Below, one piece after another: positions 12,330-22,200 of a stretch of DNA of 64,000 bases; within the stretch, counting starts at the first letter, position 1, and each line of letters opens with the position of its first letter. The translations under genes and the position numbers were made by a program. The notes beneath the pieces are model-generated. The model was given only the letters and a program-made list of their open reading frames with translations, ran no database searches and was not told where the DNA came from. Source of the DNA: an uncultured Candidatus Rokubacteria bacterium (GTDB taxonomy: Bacteria > Methylomirabilota > Methylomirabilia > Rokubacteriales > CSP1-6); the NCBI GenBank assembly GCA_963789955.1, contig CAWBMV010000034.1:256001-320000 (forward strand), written 5' to 3'.

Positions 12330-13442
12330 ATGAGACGATTCGCGATCCTGACGCTCGCAGCGTTGCTGGCCGCGGGCTGGTTCGGTCCGGCCGCGGCGCA
12401 GCCGCCGATCGAGGGCGAGCTGACCTTGATCACGCCGGTCTCGAAGTTCATCCACGACGCGGCGCTCAAGGCATTCGCCGACTACGCCAAGGAGAAGTGG
12501 AACGTCACGGTGAAGGTCAACGCGATCCCGGCGGGCACGCCGGTCGCCTACGGGCGCATCGTCGAGTGGAAGGGCCGGCCGGAGGTCGACATCTTCTGGG
12601 GCGGGGAGTCGGCCCTGTTCGAAAAGCTCGCGGAGCAGAAGCTCCTGCAAAAGGTCGAGATCTCCCGCGAGGCCTGGGACTCGATTCCGGCGTCGATCGG
12701 GACGCCCAAGCCGATCCCGCTCAAGGACAAGGACGGCCACTGGGTCGGCACCGCGCTCGAGCCCTACGGGCTCGTCTACCATCCGAAGAAGATCCAGCGC
12801 CTCGGCATTCCGGAGCCCAAGGAGTGGGACGATCTCCTGAATCCAAAGCTCAAGGGTGAGATCGCCCAGTGCGCGCCCACGCGGTCCTCGTCGTCGAACG
12901 CGACATACGAGGTGATCCTGTCGATGCTCGGCGAGGACAAGGGCTGGGACTGGCTCCGCAAGCTCGCCGGCAACACCGGGCTCTTCACCGCGCGGAGCCG
13001 CGACGTCCCGACGGTGGTGGCCAAGGGCGAGTTCACCGCGGGCTTCGCCGTGCCGTCCTACATGGCGTTCGAGGAAAAGCTCGCCGGCTTCGATCTCAAG
13101 TTCGTGGCGCCGAAGAACGCCTTCGTCACGCCCGAGCCCATGGCGATCCTCGCGGGCGCCCGGAATCCGAAGGCGGCGCGCGCGTTCATCGAGTTCCTCC
13201 TGAGCGAGCGCGGGCAGCGCGTGTTCATGGAGCGCGGGCTGTTCCCGATCACGCCGAAGTACAAGGTGCAGGGCCCGCCGGGCTCGACCGCCGAGATGGC
13301 CGTGGAATTCACCGGTGGCGTCCGCTCGTACTTCGAGCGCGACGTCTCGAACGTCTACGACGAGGCGGCCGCCCAGAAGCGGTCGGACGCGCTCAAGCAG
13401 AAGTTCCGGACGGACATCGAAGCGACCTGGAAGAAACCCTGA
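12330..13442 (+). CDS. ABC transporter substrate-binding protein (Fe3+/thiamine/polyamine-like family)
   Basis: Signal peptide; PEVDIFWGG, PKEWDDLLNPKLKGEI, AARAFIEFLLSERGQ. Confidence 0.85.
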   Translation: MRRFAILTLAALLAAGWFGPAAAQPPIEGELTLITPVSKFIHDAALKAFADYAKEKWNVTVKVNAIPAGTPVAYGRIVEWKGRPEVDIFWGGESALFEKLAEQKLLQKVEISREAWDSIPASIGTPKPIPLKDKDGHWVGTALEPYGLVYHPKKIQRLGIPEPKEWDDLLNPKLKGEIAQCAPTRSSSSNATYEVILSMLGEDKGWDWLRKLAGNTGLFTARSRDVPTVVAKGEFTAGFAVPSYMAFEEKLAGFDLKFVAPKNAFVTPEPMAILAGARNPKAARAFIEFLLSERGQRVFMERGLFPITPKYKVQGPPGSTAEMAVEFTGGVRSYFERDVSNVYDEAAAQKRSDALKQKFRTDIEATWKKP

Positions 13443-14500
13443 AGATCCGGCTTCACGGGGTCCTGAAGCGATTCGGGAGCGTGACCGCGGTCGACGGCGC
13501 GAGTCTCGAGATCGGTGATGGCGAGCTGTTCACCTTGCTCGGACCGTCGGGCTGCGGCAAGACGACCCTGCTCCGGCTGATGGCAGGGTTCTTCACGCCG
13601 GACGGCGGCGAGATCTGGTTCGGGGAGCGCCGGGTCGACGGGCTCCGGCCGTACGAGCGCAATATCGGCATGGTGTTCCAGAACTACGCGCTCTGGCCCC
13701 ACATGACCGTGCGGGCGAACGTCGCCTACGGGCTCAAGCTGCGCCGCCTGGACAGCCCCACGATCGCCGAGCGCGTCGCGGCCGGCCTCGACAAGGTGAA
13801 CCTGGCGGGGCTCGAGCTTCGCTATCCCGGTCAGCTCTCCGGAGGCCAGCAGCAGCGCGTCGCGCTGGCGCGAGCGCTCGTCCTGAACCCGGACATCCTG
13901 CTCCTCGACGAGCCGCTGTCGAACCTGGACGCGAAGATCCGCGTTCAGGTGCGCGCGGAGATCCGCAAGCTGCAGAAGGATCTCGGGATCACGACGGTCT
14001 ATGTGACGCACGACCAGGAAGAGGCGCTGTCGCTCTCCGACCGCGTGGCGGTCATGCGGGACGGCCGGGTGCTGCAAGTCGCGCCGCCGAAAGAGCTGTA
14101 CGAGCGGCCGGTCGGGCGATTCGTCGCTGACTTCGTCGGCACCAACAACTTCCTCGCGGGCACGTGCCGCGAGGTCACGGCCGATCGGATCTGTGCCGAG
14201 ACCGACATCGGGCTCGTGCGCAGCTCACGCTCGACTCGGGTTCGCCCCGGCGACCGCTGCGTGCTCGCGGTGCGCCCCGAGAACATCGCGCTCGGCGCCG
14301 CGCACGAGAATACGTTCGAGGGGCGCGTCGGCCTGGCCTCGTATCTCGGCAGCACGCTCCGCTACGACGTCGAGGTGCGTGACGGCGTCGTGCTCAAGGT
14401 GGACGTCGGCGATCCGTGGCATCACGAGGTGCTGCCGATGGGGGCGCCGGTGCGCGTCAGCTTTCCTGCGTCGGCGGCCCTGACGCTTCCCGACGAATGA
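13439..14500 (+). CDS. ABC transporter ATP-binding protein (PotA/FbpC-like); start uncertain, possibly CTG
   Basis: GPSGCGKT, LSGGQQQRVALARAL, LLLDEP, C-terminal TOBE-like region. Confidence 0.9.
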   Translation: MKIRLHGVLKRFGSVTAVDGASLEIGDGELFTLLGPSGCGKTTLLRLMAGFFTPDGGEIWFGERRVDGLRPYERNIGMVFQNYALWPHMTVRANVAYGLKLRRLDSPTIAERVAAGLDKVNLAGLELRYPGQLSGGQQQRVALARALVLNPDILLLDEPLSNLDAKIRVQVRAEIRKLQKDLGITTVYVTHDQEEALSLSDRVAVMRDGRVLQVAPPKELYERPVGRFVADFVGTNNFLAGTCREVTADRICAETDIGLVRSSRSTRVRPGDRCVLAVRPENIALGAAHENTFEGRVGLASYLGSTLRYDVEVRDGVVLKVDVGDPWHHEVLPMGAPVRVSFPASAALTLPDE

Positions 14501-16212
14501 GCAGCCCCGCCGCCGCGCCCGCCGCTCGGAGCCACACGTCCTGGAGCGCGAGTCGTCTCCTGCCCGCCGCCGGTGTCGGCGTCGTCTGGCTCTTCCTGCT
14601 GGTCTTCCTCGTCTACCCGCTGCTCCGGATCCTCTACGACGCGTTCAGCGACGAGGCGGGACGCTTGACCCTGGCGAACTTCGTCGCGTTCGCACGCGAT
14701 CCGTACTACCTGCGCTCGCTCGGGAACTCGCTGCTGCTCGGTCTCGGCACCGTGGCGGCGACGTCGGTGGTGGGCTTCGCGGTGGCGTTCCTGCTCGTCC
14801 GCTACGACTTCGTCGGCCGCAATCTCTTCGGCTACCTCACCTTGATCCCGATCATCTCGCCCCCGCTGGTCGGCGTGCTCGGCTTCACCTTCATCATGGG
14901 GCGCGCGGGGACGGTGAACGTGCTGCTCGAGGACTGGTTCGGGCTGGCGCGGCCGCTGAACTTCGTCTACGGGCTTCACGGGGTCCTGCTCGTGGAGACG
15001 CTTCACCTGTTCCCGATGATCACCTTGAACGTCGTCGACGCGCTGGCGAAGATCGACCCGGCGCTCGAGGAGGCGGCGGAGAGCGTCGGCGCTCGCGGCT
15101 TCACGAAGCTCGTGCGGATCACCTTGCCGCTCACGACGCCGGGCTACGTGGCGGGCGCGCTCCTGGTCTTCATCTGGACCTTCTCCGACTTCGCCACGCC
15201 GCTGGTGCTCGGCGTCCACGATCTGCTCGCGTCGCAGGCCTATCTCAACATCGTCCAGTTCGTGGATCGGCGGTTGTTCCGGATGGGCATCGTGATCTCG
15301 GCGCTCATGGTGGTCCTGGCCGTCGTGTTCCTGGTGGCGGCGCGCCGCTACGTGGCGATCAAGGACTATTCGTCGCTCTCGTACTCGAAGGTCGCGCGCC
15401 GGCGGCTCTCGCCGCTCGGCCAGGCCGGCGCCGTCTCGTTCCTGTCGTTCCTGATGCTCTTCTCCTTCATCCCGTATCTCGGCGTGATCCTGGCGTCGGT
15501 GGGGAAGGGCTGGTCGCTGACGCCGTTTCCGGTGCGCTACACCTTCGCCTACTTCGAGCGGGTCATCGTCGAGACGCCGAAGTACATCGTGAACAGCTTG
15601 CTCTACTCGGGTCTCGCCGTCGTGCTGTGCATCGTGATCGGCGTGCCGATCGCGTGGATCCTGGCGCGCACGCGCCTGCCCGGACGGGACACGCTCGACG
15701 GGCTCAACACCTTGATCCTGGCGATCCCGGGGACCGCGATCGGCATCGCGTACATCCGCGCGTTCCATTTCGATCTGCCCTTCGTGGACCGCGGGCTCAC
15801 GAGTCTCTGGATCGTCCTGCCGCTCGTCCTCGCGATCCGGCGACTGCCGTACACGGTACGCGGCTCTTACGCGTCGCTCCTGCTCGTGCACCGATCCATG
15901 GAGGAAGCCGCGGCGAGCGTCGGCGCGCGCGGACTCCGCTCGTTCGTCGACGTGACCTTGCCGCTCATCTGGCGCGGCGTCCTGGTGGGCGCGCTCTTCT
16001 CGTTCATGACGTCGCTGCAGGAGGCCTCGGCGGTCTTGTTCCTGTCGCTCGGAGGGTGGGAGACGATCACCGTCGGGATTTTCTCGTTCTATATCGCCGG
16101 CAGCGCCAACGAGGCCGCCGCGCTCGGCGTCATCCTGATCGTCGTCGCCGCGATCAGCGTGGCCGTGATCAACCGGGTCGCGGGCGCGCGCATGGGCGGA
16201 ATGTTCGGCTGA
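14497..16212 (+). CDS. ABC transporter permease with two TM domains (FbpB/ThiP type)
   Basis: Two EAA loops (LEEAAESVGA, MEEAAASVGA); ATGA overlap with ATPase. Confidence 0.9.
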   Translation: MSSPAAAPAARSHTSWSASRLLPAAGVGVVWLFLLVFLVYPLLRILYDAFSDEAGRLTLANFVAFARDPYYLRSLGNSLLLGLGTVAATSVVGFAVAFLLVRYDFVGRNLFGYLTLIPIISPPLVGVLGFTFIMGRAGTVNVLLEDWFGLARPLNFVYGLHGVLLVETLHLFPMITLNVVDALAKIDPALEEAAESVGARGFTKLVRITLPLTTPGYVAGALLVFIWTFSDFATPLVLGVHDLLASQAYLNIVQFVDRRLFRMGIVISALMVVLAVVFLVAARRYVAIKDYSSLSYSKVARRRLSPLGQAGAVSFLSFLMLFSFIPYLGVILASVGKGWSLTPFPVRYTFAYFERVIVETPKYIVNSLLYSGLAVVLCIVIGVPIAWILARTRLPGRDTLDGLNTLILAIPGTAIGIAYIRAFHFDLPFVDRGLTSLWIVLPLVLAIRRLPYTVRGSYASLLLVHRSMEEAAASVGARGLRSFVDVTLPLIWRGVLVGALFSFMTSLQEASAVLFLSLGGWETITVGIFSFYIAGSANEAAALGVILIVVAAISVAVINRVAGARMGGMFG

Positions 16213-16277
16213 GGTTGTACCGAACTCATTCAGATCGTTCCGCCTCCACGATAGCGAAATCAGCCACTTCCGATCGC

Positions 16278-16306
16278 TTGTTCGCCCGAAGTCAATGTGC
16301 TAGTGT
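16278..16306 (+). promoter_or_regulatory. Putative sigma70 promoter for atp F0 operon
   Basis: TTGTTC-17 nt-TAGTGT with extended TG at 16298-16299. Confidence 0.5.
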
Positions 16307-16316
16307 CCTTCTTCAC

Positions 16317-16553
16317 ATGGCGCCGTCCGGGGATCAGGGAGCCTGGAAAGCGCTCGGGGAACTCTCCTCGATCGGGCTCGCGCTGGTGATTTGTACGGTG
16401 ATCGGGCTCGTCGGGGGCTACTACGCGGACCGCTTGCTGGGAACGTCGCCCTGGCTCTTGCTGCTCGGGCTGGCGCTCGGGATCGCGGCCGGATTCGTCA
16501 ACCTCTTTCGATCGGTGAACCGCGCCGACCGGGAGCTCGATGACACCAAGTGA
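16317..16553 (+). CDS. AtpZ/AtpI family small membrane protein
   Basis: Two TM helices GLVGGYYADRLLGTSPWLLLLGLALGIAAGF upstream of atpB. Confidence 0.85.
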   Translation: MAPSGDQGAWKALGELSSIGLALVICTVIGLVGGYYADRLLGTSPWLLLLGLALGIAAGFVNLFRSVNRADRELDDTK

Positions 16554-16905
16554 GCTGACGACGCGGGTGACGCTCGACACGTGCGCCGCCGTGGGCGCGC
16601 TCGCCGCGCTCGGCTGGTGGCTCCTGGGCGCGCCGATCGGCCTGGGCGTGCTGGCCGGCGGTGCCCTCGCGGTCGTGAACTTCCGGTGGCTCGTCGCCCG
16701 CGCGGCCCTCGCGACCGCCATCGGCAGCGCGTCGGCCGCCGCGTGGATCCTCGGCGCCGGCCTCCGGTTCGCCGCGTGCGCCGGGGCGTGCGGAATTCTT
16801 CTCGCGTACGGCTGGGCGCATCCGATCGCGCTGGTGGCGGGGTTCACGGTGTTGCCCTGCGATTTGATCGCGCGCGGCCTCGAGTCGGCGCGCACGGAGC
16901 GCTGA
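16540..16905 (+). CDS. ATP synthase subunit I-like membrane protein
   Basis: Four hydrophobic segments, GGALAVVNFRWL, position before atpB. Confidence 0.7.
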   Translation: MTPSELTTRVTLDTCAAVGALAALGWWLLGAPIGLGVLAGGALAVVNFRWLVARAALATAIGSASAAAWILGAGLRFAACAGACGILLAYGWAHPIALVAGFTVLPCDLIARGLESARTER

Positions 16906-16908
16906 TCG

Positions 16909-17688
16909 ATGGAAGCGATCGAGCATGCCCCGATATTCCGCCTGCCGGGCATTCCCGACCACGTGACCTACACGTGGCTCATCATGCTGATCCTGGCCGG
17001 CCTGACGTTCGTCGCCTCGCGAAATCTACAATTGGTCCCGCGTGGTCTGCAGAACTTCCTGGAGGTCGTGCTCGAGCAGTTCCAGCAGATGATCGACGAC
17101 GTCATGGGTCACGAGGGCCGGCGCTACCTGCCGTTGATCGCGACCCTCGGGCTCTTCATCCTCATGGGTAACCTCGTGGGCCTGGTGCCGGGACTGGTGG
17201 GGGTGACCGGCAACCTCAACACGAACGCCGCCTGCGCGATCGTCGTGTTCGTGGCGTACCACTGGATCGGCGCGCGAAAGCAGGGGCTCGTCCCGTATCT
17301 CAAGCACTTCGCCGGACCAGTTCCGCTGGCGCTCAAGCCCCTGATGTTCGTGATCGAGATCATCAGCCATCTCGCGCGCCCGCTCTCGCTGACGCTCAGG
17401 CTCTTCGGCAACATCGTCGGCGGCCACATCCTGCTCGCGGTGATCTTCCTCCTGATGGGCCTGGATGGCCTGATCGGGTGGGCGCTGTCGGGCAGCGTGC
17501 CGGGGGCGATCATCGGCGGGATCGGCGGCATCGTCACGATCGCCTTCACCGTGGGATTTCTCTATCCGCTGAAGATTCTGGTGGCCTTTCTGCAGGCGTT
17601 CATCTTCGTGATGCTGACGATGCTGTACATCTCCGGAGCGATCGAAGAGTCCGAACACCATTCCGAACAGCATTCCGCGCACCACTAG
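16909..17688 (+). CDS. atpB: ATP synthase F0 subunit a
   Basis: PRGLQNFLE, RPLSLTLRLFGNI, FLQAFIFVMLTMLYI. Confidence 0.96.
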   Translation: MEAIEHAPIFRLPGIPDHVTYTWLIMLILAGLTFVASRNLQLVPRGLQNFLEVVLEQFQQMIDDVMGHEGRRYLPLIATLGLFILMGNLVGLVPGLVGVTGNLNTNAACAIVVFVAYHWIGARKQGLVPYLKHFAGPVPLALKPLMFVIEIISHLARPLSLTLRLFGNIVGGHILLAVIFLLMGLDGLIGWALSGSVPGAIIGGIGGIVTIAFTVGFLYPLKILVAFLQAFIFVMLTMLYISGAIEESEHHSEQHSAHH

Positions 17689-17715
17689 CAGATCACACGT
17701 ATAGAGGAGGGAGTC

Positions 17716-18042
17716 GTGCGACGTTCACTGATTCTGGGTGGGTTGGCGGTTCTGGCGTTTCCGACCGCGGCGCTGGCGGCTGAGGGCGGCACGGGCGGCT
17801 GGATCGCTCCGTTCGCGGTGATCGCGGCCGGCATCGGCATGGCGATCGCGGCAGGGTTGTGCGGGCTCGGTCAGGGCAGGGCGGTGGCGTCGGCCGTCGA
17901 CGCGATGGCCCGTCAGCCGGGCGCTGCGGCGAGGATTCAGACCGCGATGATCATCGGTCTGGCGCTCATCGAGTCCCTCGCGATCTATACGCTCGTCATC
18001 GCGTTGATCCTCTTGTTCGTGAAAGGCATCAATTTCGCGTGA
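17716..18042 (+). CDS. atpE: ATP synthase F0 subunit c
   Basis: GLGQG..ARQP..IESLAIY; GAGGAGG RBS. Confidence 0.96.
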   Translation: MRRSLILGGLAVLAFPTAALAAEGGTGGWIAPFAVIAAGIGMAIAAGLCGLGQGRAVASAVDAMARQPGAAARIQTAMIIGLALIESLAIYTLVIALILLFVKGINFA

Positions 18043-18103
18043 CGACCAGCGCATAGCGGAGGTTCGGCGCGCCGCACGCCTTCCGCGCGCGGCGCGCCGC
18101 ACG

Positions 18104-18946
18104 ATGACGCCACGACCGAACGCCCGCCTCACGAAGATCCCGGAGATGACGATCCGTCGTCTCTCGGTCTATACCCGGTGCCTGCTGCAGCTCGAAGAAG
18201 ACGGCGTCAAGACGGTGTCCTCGCAGGAGCTGGCCGACCGCTTCAATCTCAACTCGGCGCAGGTTCGAAAGGATCTCGCCTACTTCGGCGAATTCGGGGT
18301 CCGCGGCATCGGCTATTACGTCTCGGGGCTCAAGGCCGAGCTCCAGCGGATCCTCGGCCTCGATCGCGAGTGGCCGGTGGCGCTCATCGGATTCGGCAAT
18401 CTCGGCTCGGCGCTCTTTCACTACCGCGGCTTCGCGCGGCAGGGCTTCCGCATCGCGGCCATCTTCGACGAGGATCCGACGAAGGTCGCGCCCGAGGTCG
18501 AGTCGACCCCGATCTTCGCGAGCCGCGACCTCGGCCGCGAGGTGAAGGCGCGCGGCATCCAGATCGCGATCGTCGCGGTCCCCTCGGAAGCGGCGCAAGC
18601 GGTCGCCGACCAGCTGGTCGCCGCCGGTATCAAAGCGATCCTCAACTTCGCTCCCGCCCGCATCAAAGTTCCCCGCGACGTCCGCCTCAAACACGTCGAC
18701 CTCTCGATCGAGCTCGAAACTCTCTCGTTCTACCTCGCCAAGACCTGGGTCCCCGTCAACGGGCCGGCGGGTGGGGGTGGTGGGGTTGGGGAGGGGTCCC
18801 GCGACCACGCGGCACGCGTGCGCTGCTCCACTCGTCTGGGCTCCATCCCGGCGCATAACGTCCGCCGCCGCTCGCCGGGAACGGGTCGCTGGGACCCCTC
18901 CCCAACCCCACCACCCCCACCCGCCGGCCCTCCGCTCTCGGCCTAG
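18104..18946 (+). CDS. rex: Redox-sensing repressor Rex; conserved part ends near 18745, ORF continues through palindromic element
   Basis: TIRRLSVY, SAQVRKDLAYFGEFGVRGIGY, GFGNLGSAL, ILNFAP, VDLSIELETL. Confidence 0.93.
   Translation: MTPRPNARLTKIPEMTIRRLSVYTRCLLQLEEDGVKTVSSQELADRFNLNSAQVRKDLAYFGEFGVRGIGYYVSGLKAELQRILGLDREWPVALIGFGNLGSALFHYRGFARQGFRIAAIFDEDPTKVAPEVESTPIFASRDLGREVKARGIQIAIVAVPSEAAQAVADQLVAAGIKAILNFAPARIKVPRDVRLKHVDLSIELETLSFYLAKTWVPVNGPAGGGGGVGEGSRDHAARVRCSTRLGSIPAHNVRRRSPGTGRWDPSPTPPPPPAGPPLSA
18761..18930. repeat. Palindromic element A, copy 1: perfect 40-bp inverted arms around a 90-bp core
   Basis: 18761-18800 is the exact reverse complement of 18891-18930. Confidence 0.92.
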
Positions 18947-19084
18947 CCCCCGCGTCGGCGAGAGGCGAAGCCGTCGGCTCGTCGAGCATCGTTTGAGCTG
19001 AATGCCGCCGACAGTCGGCTGCGACGCTTGGACAGAGCGATCGCGAGATGGCTCGACCAGGCCAAGGGTGCAGCGGGGCTAGGC
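18941..19084. repeat. Structured element B between the two A copies
   Basis: GCCTAGCCCC...GGGGCTAGGC closing stem; internal GTCGAGC/GCTCGAC and GCCGAC-A-GTCGGC palindromes. Confidence 0.7.
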
Positions 19085-19092
19085 ACGGGAGA

Positions 19093-19263
19093 CGGGCTGG
19101 AGGGTGAGGCGGCGGGTCGGGGCAGGGGTCCCGGGACCCGTTCCCTCCGAGCGGACGGCGGACGTTAAGCGCCCGGATGGAGCCCAGACGAGTGGGGCAG
19201 CGCACGCGTGCCGCGTGGTAGCCGGGACCCCTGCCCCGACCCTCCGCCTCACCCTCCAGCCCG
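19093..19263. repeat. Palindromic element A, copy 2 (core inverted relative to copy 1)
   Basis: 42-bp arms with one mismatch; core is the reverse complement of copy 1 core with few differences. Confidence 0.92.
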
Positions 19264-19299
19264 CCTCAACGGTCGTGATACCGTAATGAGCTCGGGTCG

Positions 19300-22200
19300 A
19301 TGTTGAGAGAGTGGCCGGCATTCGAAGCGCTGGCGAAATCCTTCGCCGAGGGAGATCCCTGTCTGCGCGTCGCCGGCCTCACCGGCTCGGCGCGCGCCTT
19401 GGCCGTCGCCGAGCTTCTCCAGGCCCATCCGCGCCCCGCGCTCGTCGTGGTCGCGGGCCTTGCCGAAGCCCACCGCTGGACGCAAGACCTGAAGCTCTTC
19501 GGCGCCACCGCGCTCGAGTTTCCCTCGCCGGAGCCGCGGCTCTGGCGCGGCGGCCACCACCGGGAGCTCGACGCCGAACGCGCGGTGATCGCGCGGCGGC
19601 TCACGGTCGCCGATCTGGTCACCGTGGTCGCGACGCCGGCGGCACTGAGCGCGCCGCTGTGGAGTCGTGAAGCGTTCGCGGCGCGCACGCTCCGGCTGGC
19701 GACCGGCGACCGCCTCGATCGCGAGCTCCTGCTCGAGGCGCTCGAGCGCTGCGGCTACGAAAAGGTCGAGACGGTCGTGACCGTCGGGCAGTGGAGCTTG
19801 CGCGGCGGGATCGTCGACGTCTTCTCGCCGAGCCAGGCGGGTCCGGCGCGGCTCGAGTTCTTCGGCGACGACATCGAGTCGATCCGCCTGTTCGATCCGA
19901 CCTCTCAGCGCTCGGTCGGGAAGCTCGACGAGCTGCTCGTCCTGCCGCTGCCACCCGAAGACAGCGCGCCCGAGCCCTCCGCGCGGCTGCTCGACTATCT
20001 GCCGGCGTCGGCCCCGGTACTGGTCGACTTGCCGAAGCTCCTGGACGAGCCGACCGACGAGACCGTGGCCGAGCCGCCGCTTCGCGAGCGGCTCGCCGGC
20101 CGCCAGCTCGTCGAGCTGAGTCTGGTCGCCGGGACGTCCAGCGCCACCGCCAGCCCCGAGGCGGCGACCGAGATCGTCCTGGAGACGCAGGAAGTCCCGC
20201 GCTTTACCGGTCGCTTCAATCAGCTCACCGCCGAGATCGCGCGCTGGCGCATCGAAGGCTTTCGCGTCCGACTGACCGCCGCCGACGAGCGCCAGGCGGA
20301 GCACGTCCGTCAGATCCTTCGCGAGCACCAGGTCGAAGCGGAGATCGCGACGTCGTTCGAGGGATCCCAGACGTTGACGATCGTCGTCGGCGAGTGCTCC
20401 ATGGGATTCTCCATCCCCGCCCTGGGCCTCATCGTGCTCACCGAGGGCGAGGTCTTCGGCTCGCGCCGCCGGTCGCTGCGCCGGCCCAAGTATCAGCGCG
20501 GCGCCGCGCTCACGGCGTTCACCGACCTGGCGCCGGGCGACATCATCGTCCACGAGGACCACGGGCTCGGACGCTATCTGGGTCTGCAGACCATGAAGGT
20601 CGGCGATCGCGAGAGCGATTTCCTGCTGCTCGAGTACTCGGAGGGCAATCGGCTCTACCTCCCGGTCGAGCGGCTCGAGCTCATCTCGAAATATCTCGGC
20701 GGCGACGCGGGCGCCGCCCGGCTCGATCGTCTCGGCGGCGCGTCCTGGCAGCGCGTGAAGGAGTCGGTCCGGGCTGCGTTGCGCGAGATGGCCGAAGGGC
20801 TGCTTCGCCTCTACGCGCAGCGCGCGGTGACCGAGGGCCACGCGTTCGCGGGGGACACGCCGTGGCAGCGCGAGTTCGAGGCGGCGTTTCGATTCGAGGA
20901 GACCGCCGATCAGCTCAGGGCGATCGAAGAGTCCAAGCGCGACATGGAGTCCGGCCGCCCGATGGATCGGCTGGTGGCCGGCGACGTCGGCTACGGCAAG
21001 ACCGAGGTCGCGCTCCGCGCCGCGTTCAAGGCGGTCGGCGACGGCATGCAAGTGGCGGTGCTGGTTCCGACGACGGTGCTGGCCCAGCAGCACTGGTCCA
21101 CGTTCGCCGACCGATTCGCGCCGTTTCCGGCGAAGGTCGAGCTGCTCTCGCGCTTCCGCTCGCCGAAGGAGCAGAAGGCGGTCGTCGAAGGATTGCGTCA
21201 GGGGACCGTCGACGTCGTGATCGGCACGCACCGGCTCCTGTCCAAAGACGTCGCGTTCAAGAACCTCGGCCTCATGGTCATCGACGAGGAGCACCGGTTC
21301 GGCGTCGCGCACAAGGAGCGTATGAAGCAGCTGCGCGCGTCGGTGGACGTGCTCGCGCTCACCGCGACACCGATTCCGCGGACGCTCTACATGTCGCTCT
21401 CGGGCGTGCGGGACATGTCGGTGATCGAGACCGCGCCGCTGGACCGGCTCCCCGTCGAGACGGTCATCCGGCGCTTCAGCCGCGGCGTCATCAAGGAAGC
21501 GCTCGAGCGCGAGCTCGCGCGCGGCGGCCAGGTCTTCTTCGTCCACAACCGGGTCCAGTCGCTGCCGTCGATGGCGAAGCTGGTGCAGGAGCTGGTGCCG
21601 GAGGCGCGCGTCATCATGGGCCACGGCCAGATGAAGGAGCGCGAGCTCGAAGCCACCATGGTGAAGTTCGTCACGGGTCAGGCCGACGTGCTCGTCTCCA
21701 CCGCGATCGTCGAGTCCGGGCTGGACATCCCGGCGTCCAACACGATCATCATCAACCGCGCCGATCGCTTCGGGCTCGCGCAGCTCTACCAGCTGCGGGG
21801 CCGCGTGGGCCGCGAGCGCCAGCAGGCCTACGCCTACCTGCTCGTTCCGGCGGACGGTCGAGTCGACGAACAGGCGCAGCGACGGCTTCGCGCGCTGCAA
21901 GAGCTGACCGAGCTGGGCTCCGGCTTCAAGCTCGCGATGCGAGACCTCGAGATCCGGGGGGCGGGGAACCTCCTCGGGGCCCAGCAGCACGGCCACATCG
22001 CCGCGGTCGGCTACGATCTTTATTCGAAGCTCCTGGCCGAAGCCGTGCGAGAATTGGCCGGCAATCAGACCGACGCGACGGTTGATCCAGTCATCAGCGT
22101 CGCGGTAGAAGGGTTTTTGTCCGACGAATATGTGCCCGAGGTCAATCAACGACTCGCCCTCTACAAACGCCTCGCCGGCGCGACCAGCGACGCCGAGGTG

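Noticed and set aside
18761..19263. Cassette as a known ribozyme, group II intron end or autonomous IS; small ORFs across it as proteins
   Set aside because: No hammerhead core, no domain V motif and no transposase that I could recognise; the ORFs are translations of palindromic DNA
22015..22170. Lower-GC patches within mfd (and within rlmB near 40800 and rpoC near 51400) as foreign inserts
   Set aside because: Protein similarity is continuous across them; at most they hint at internal promoters that I cannot support
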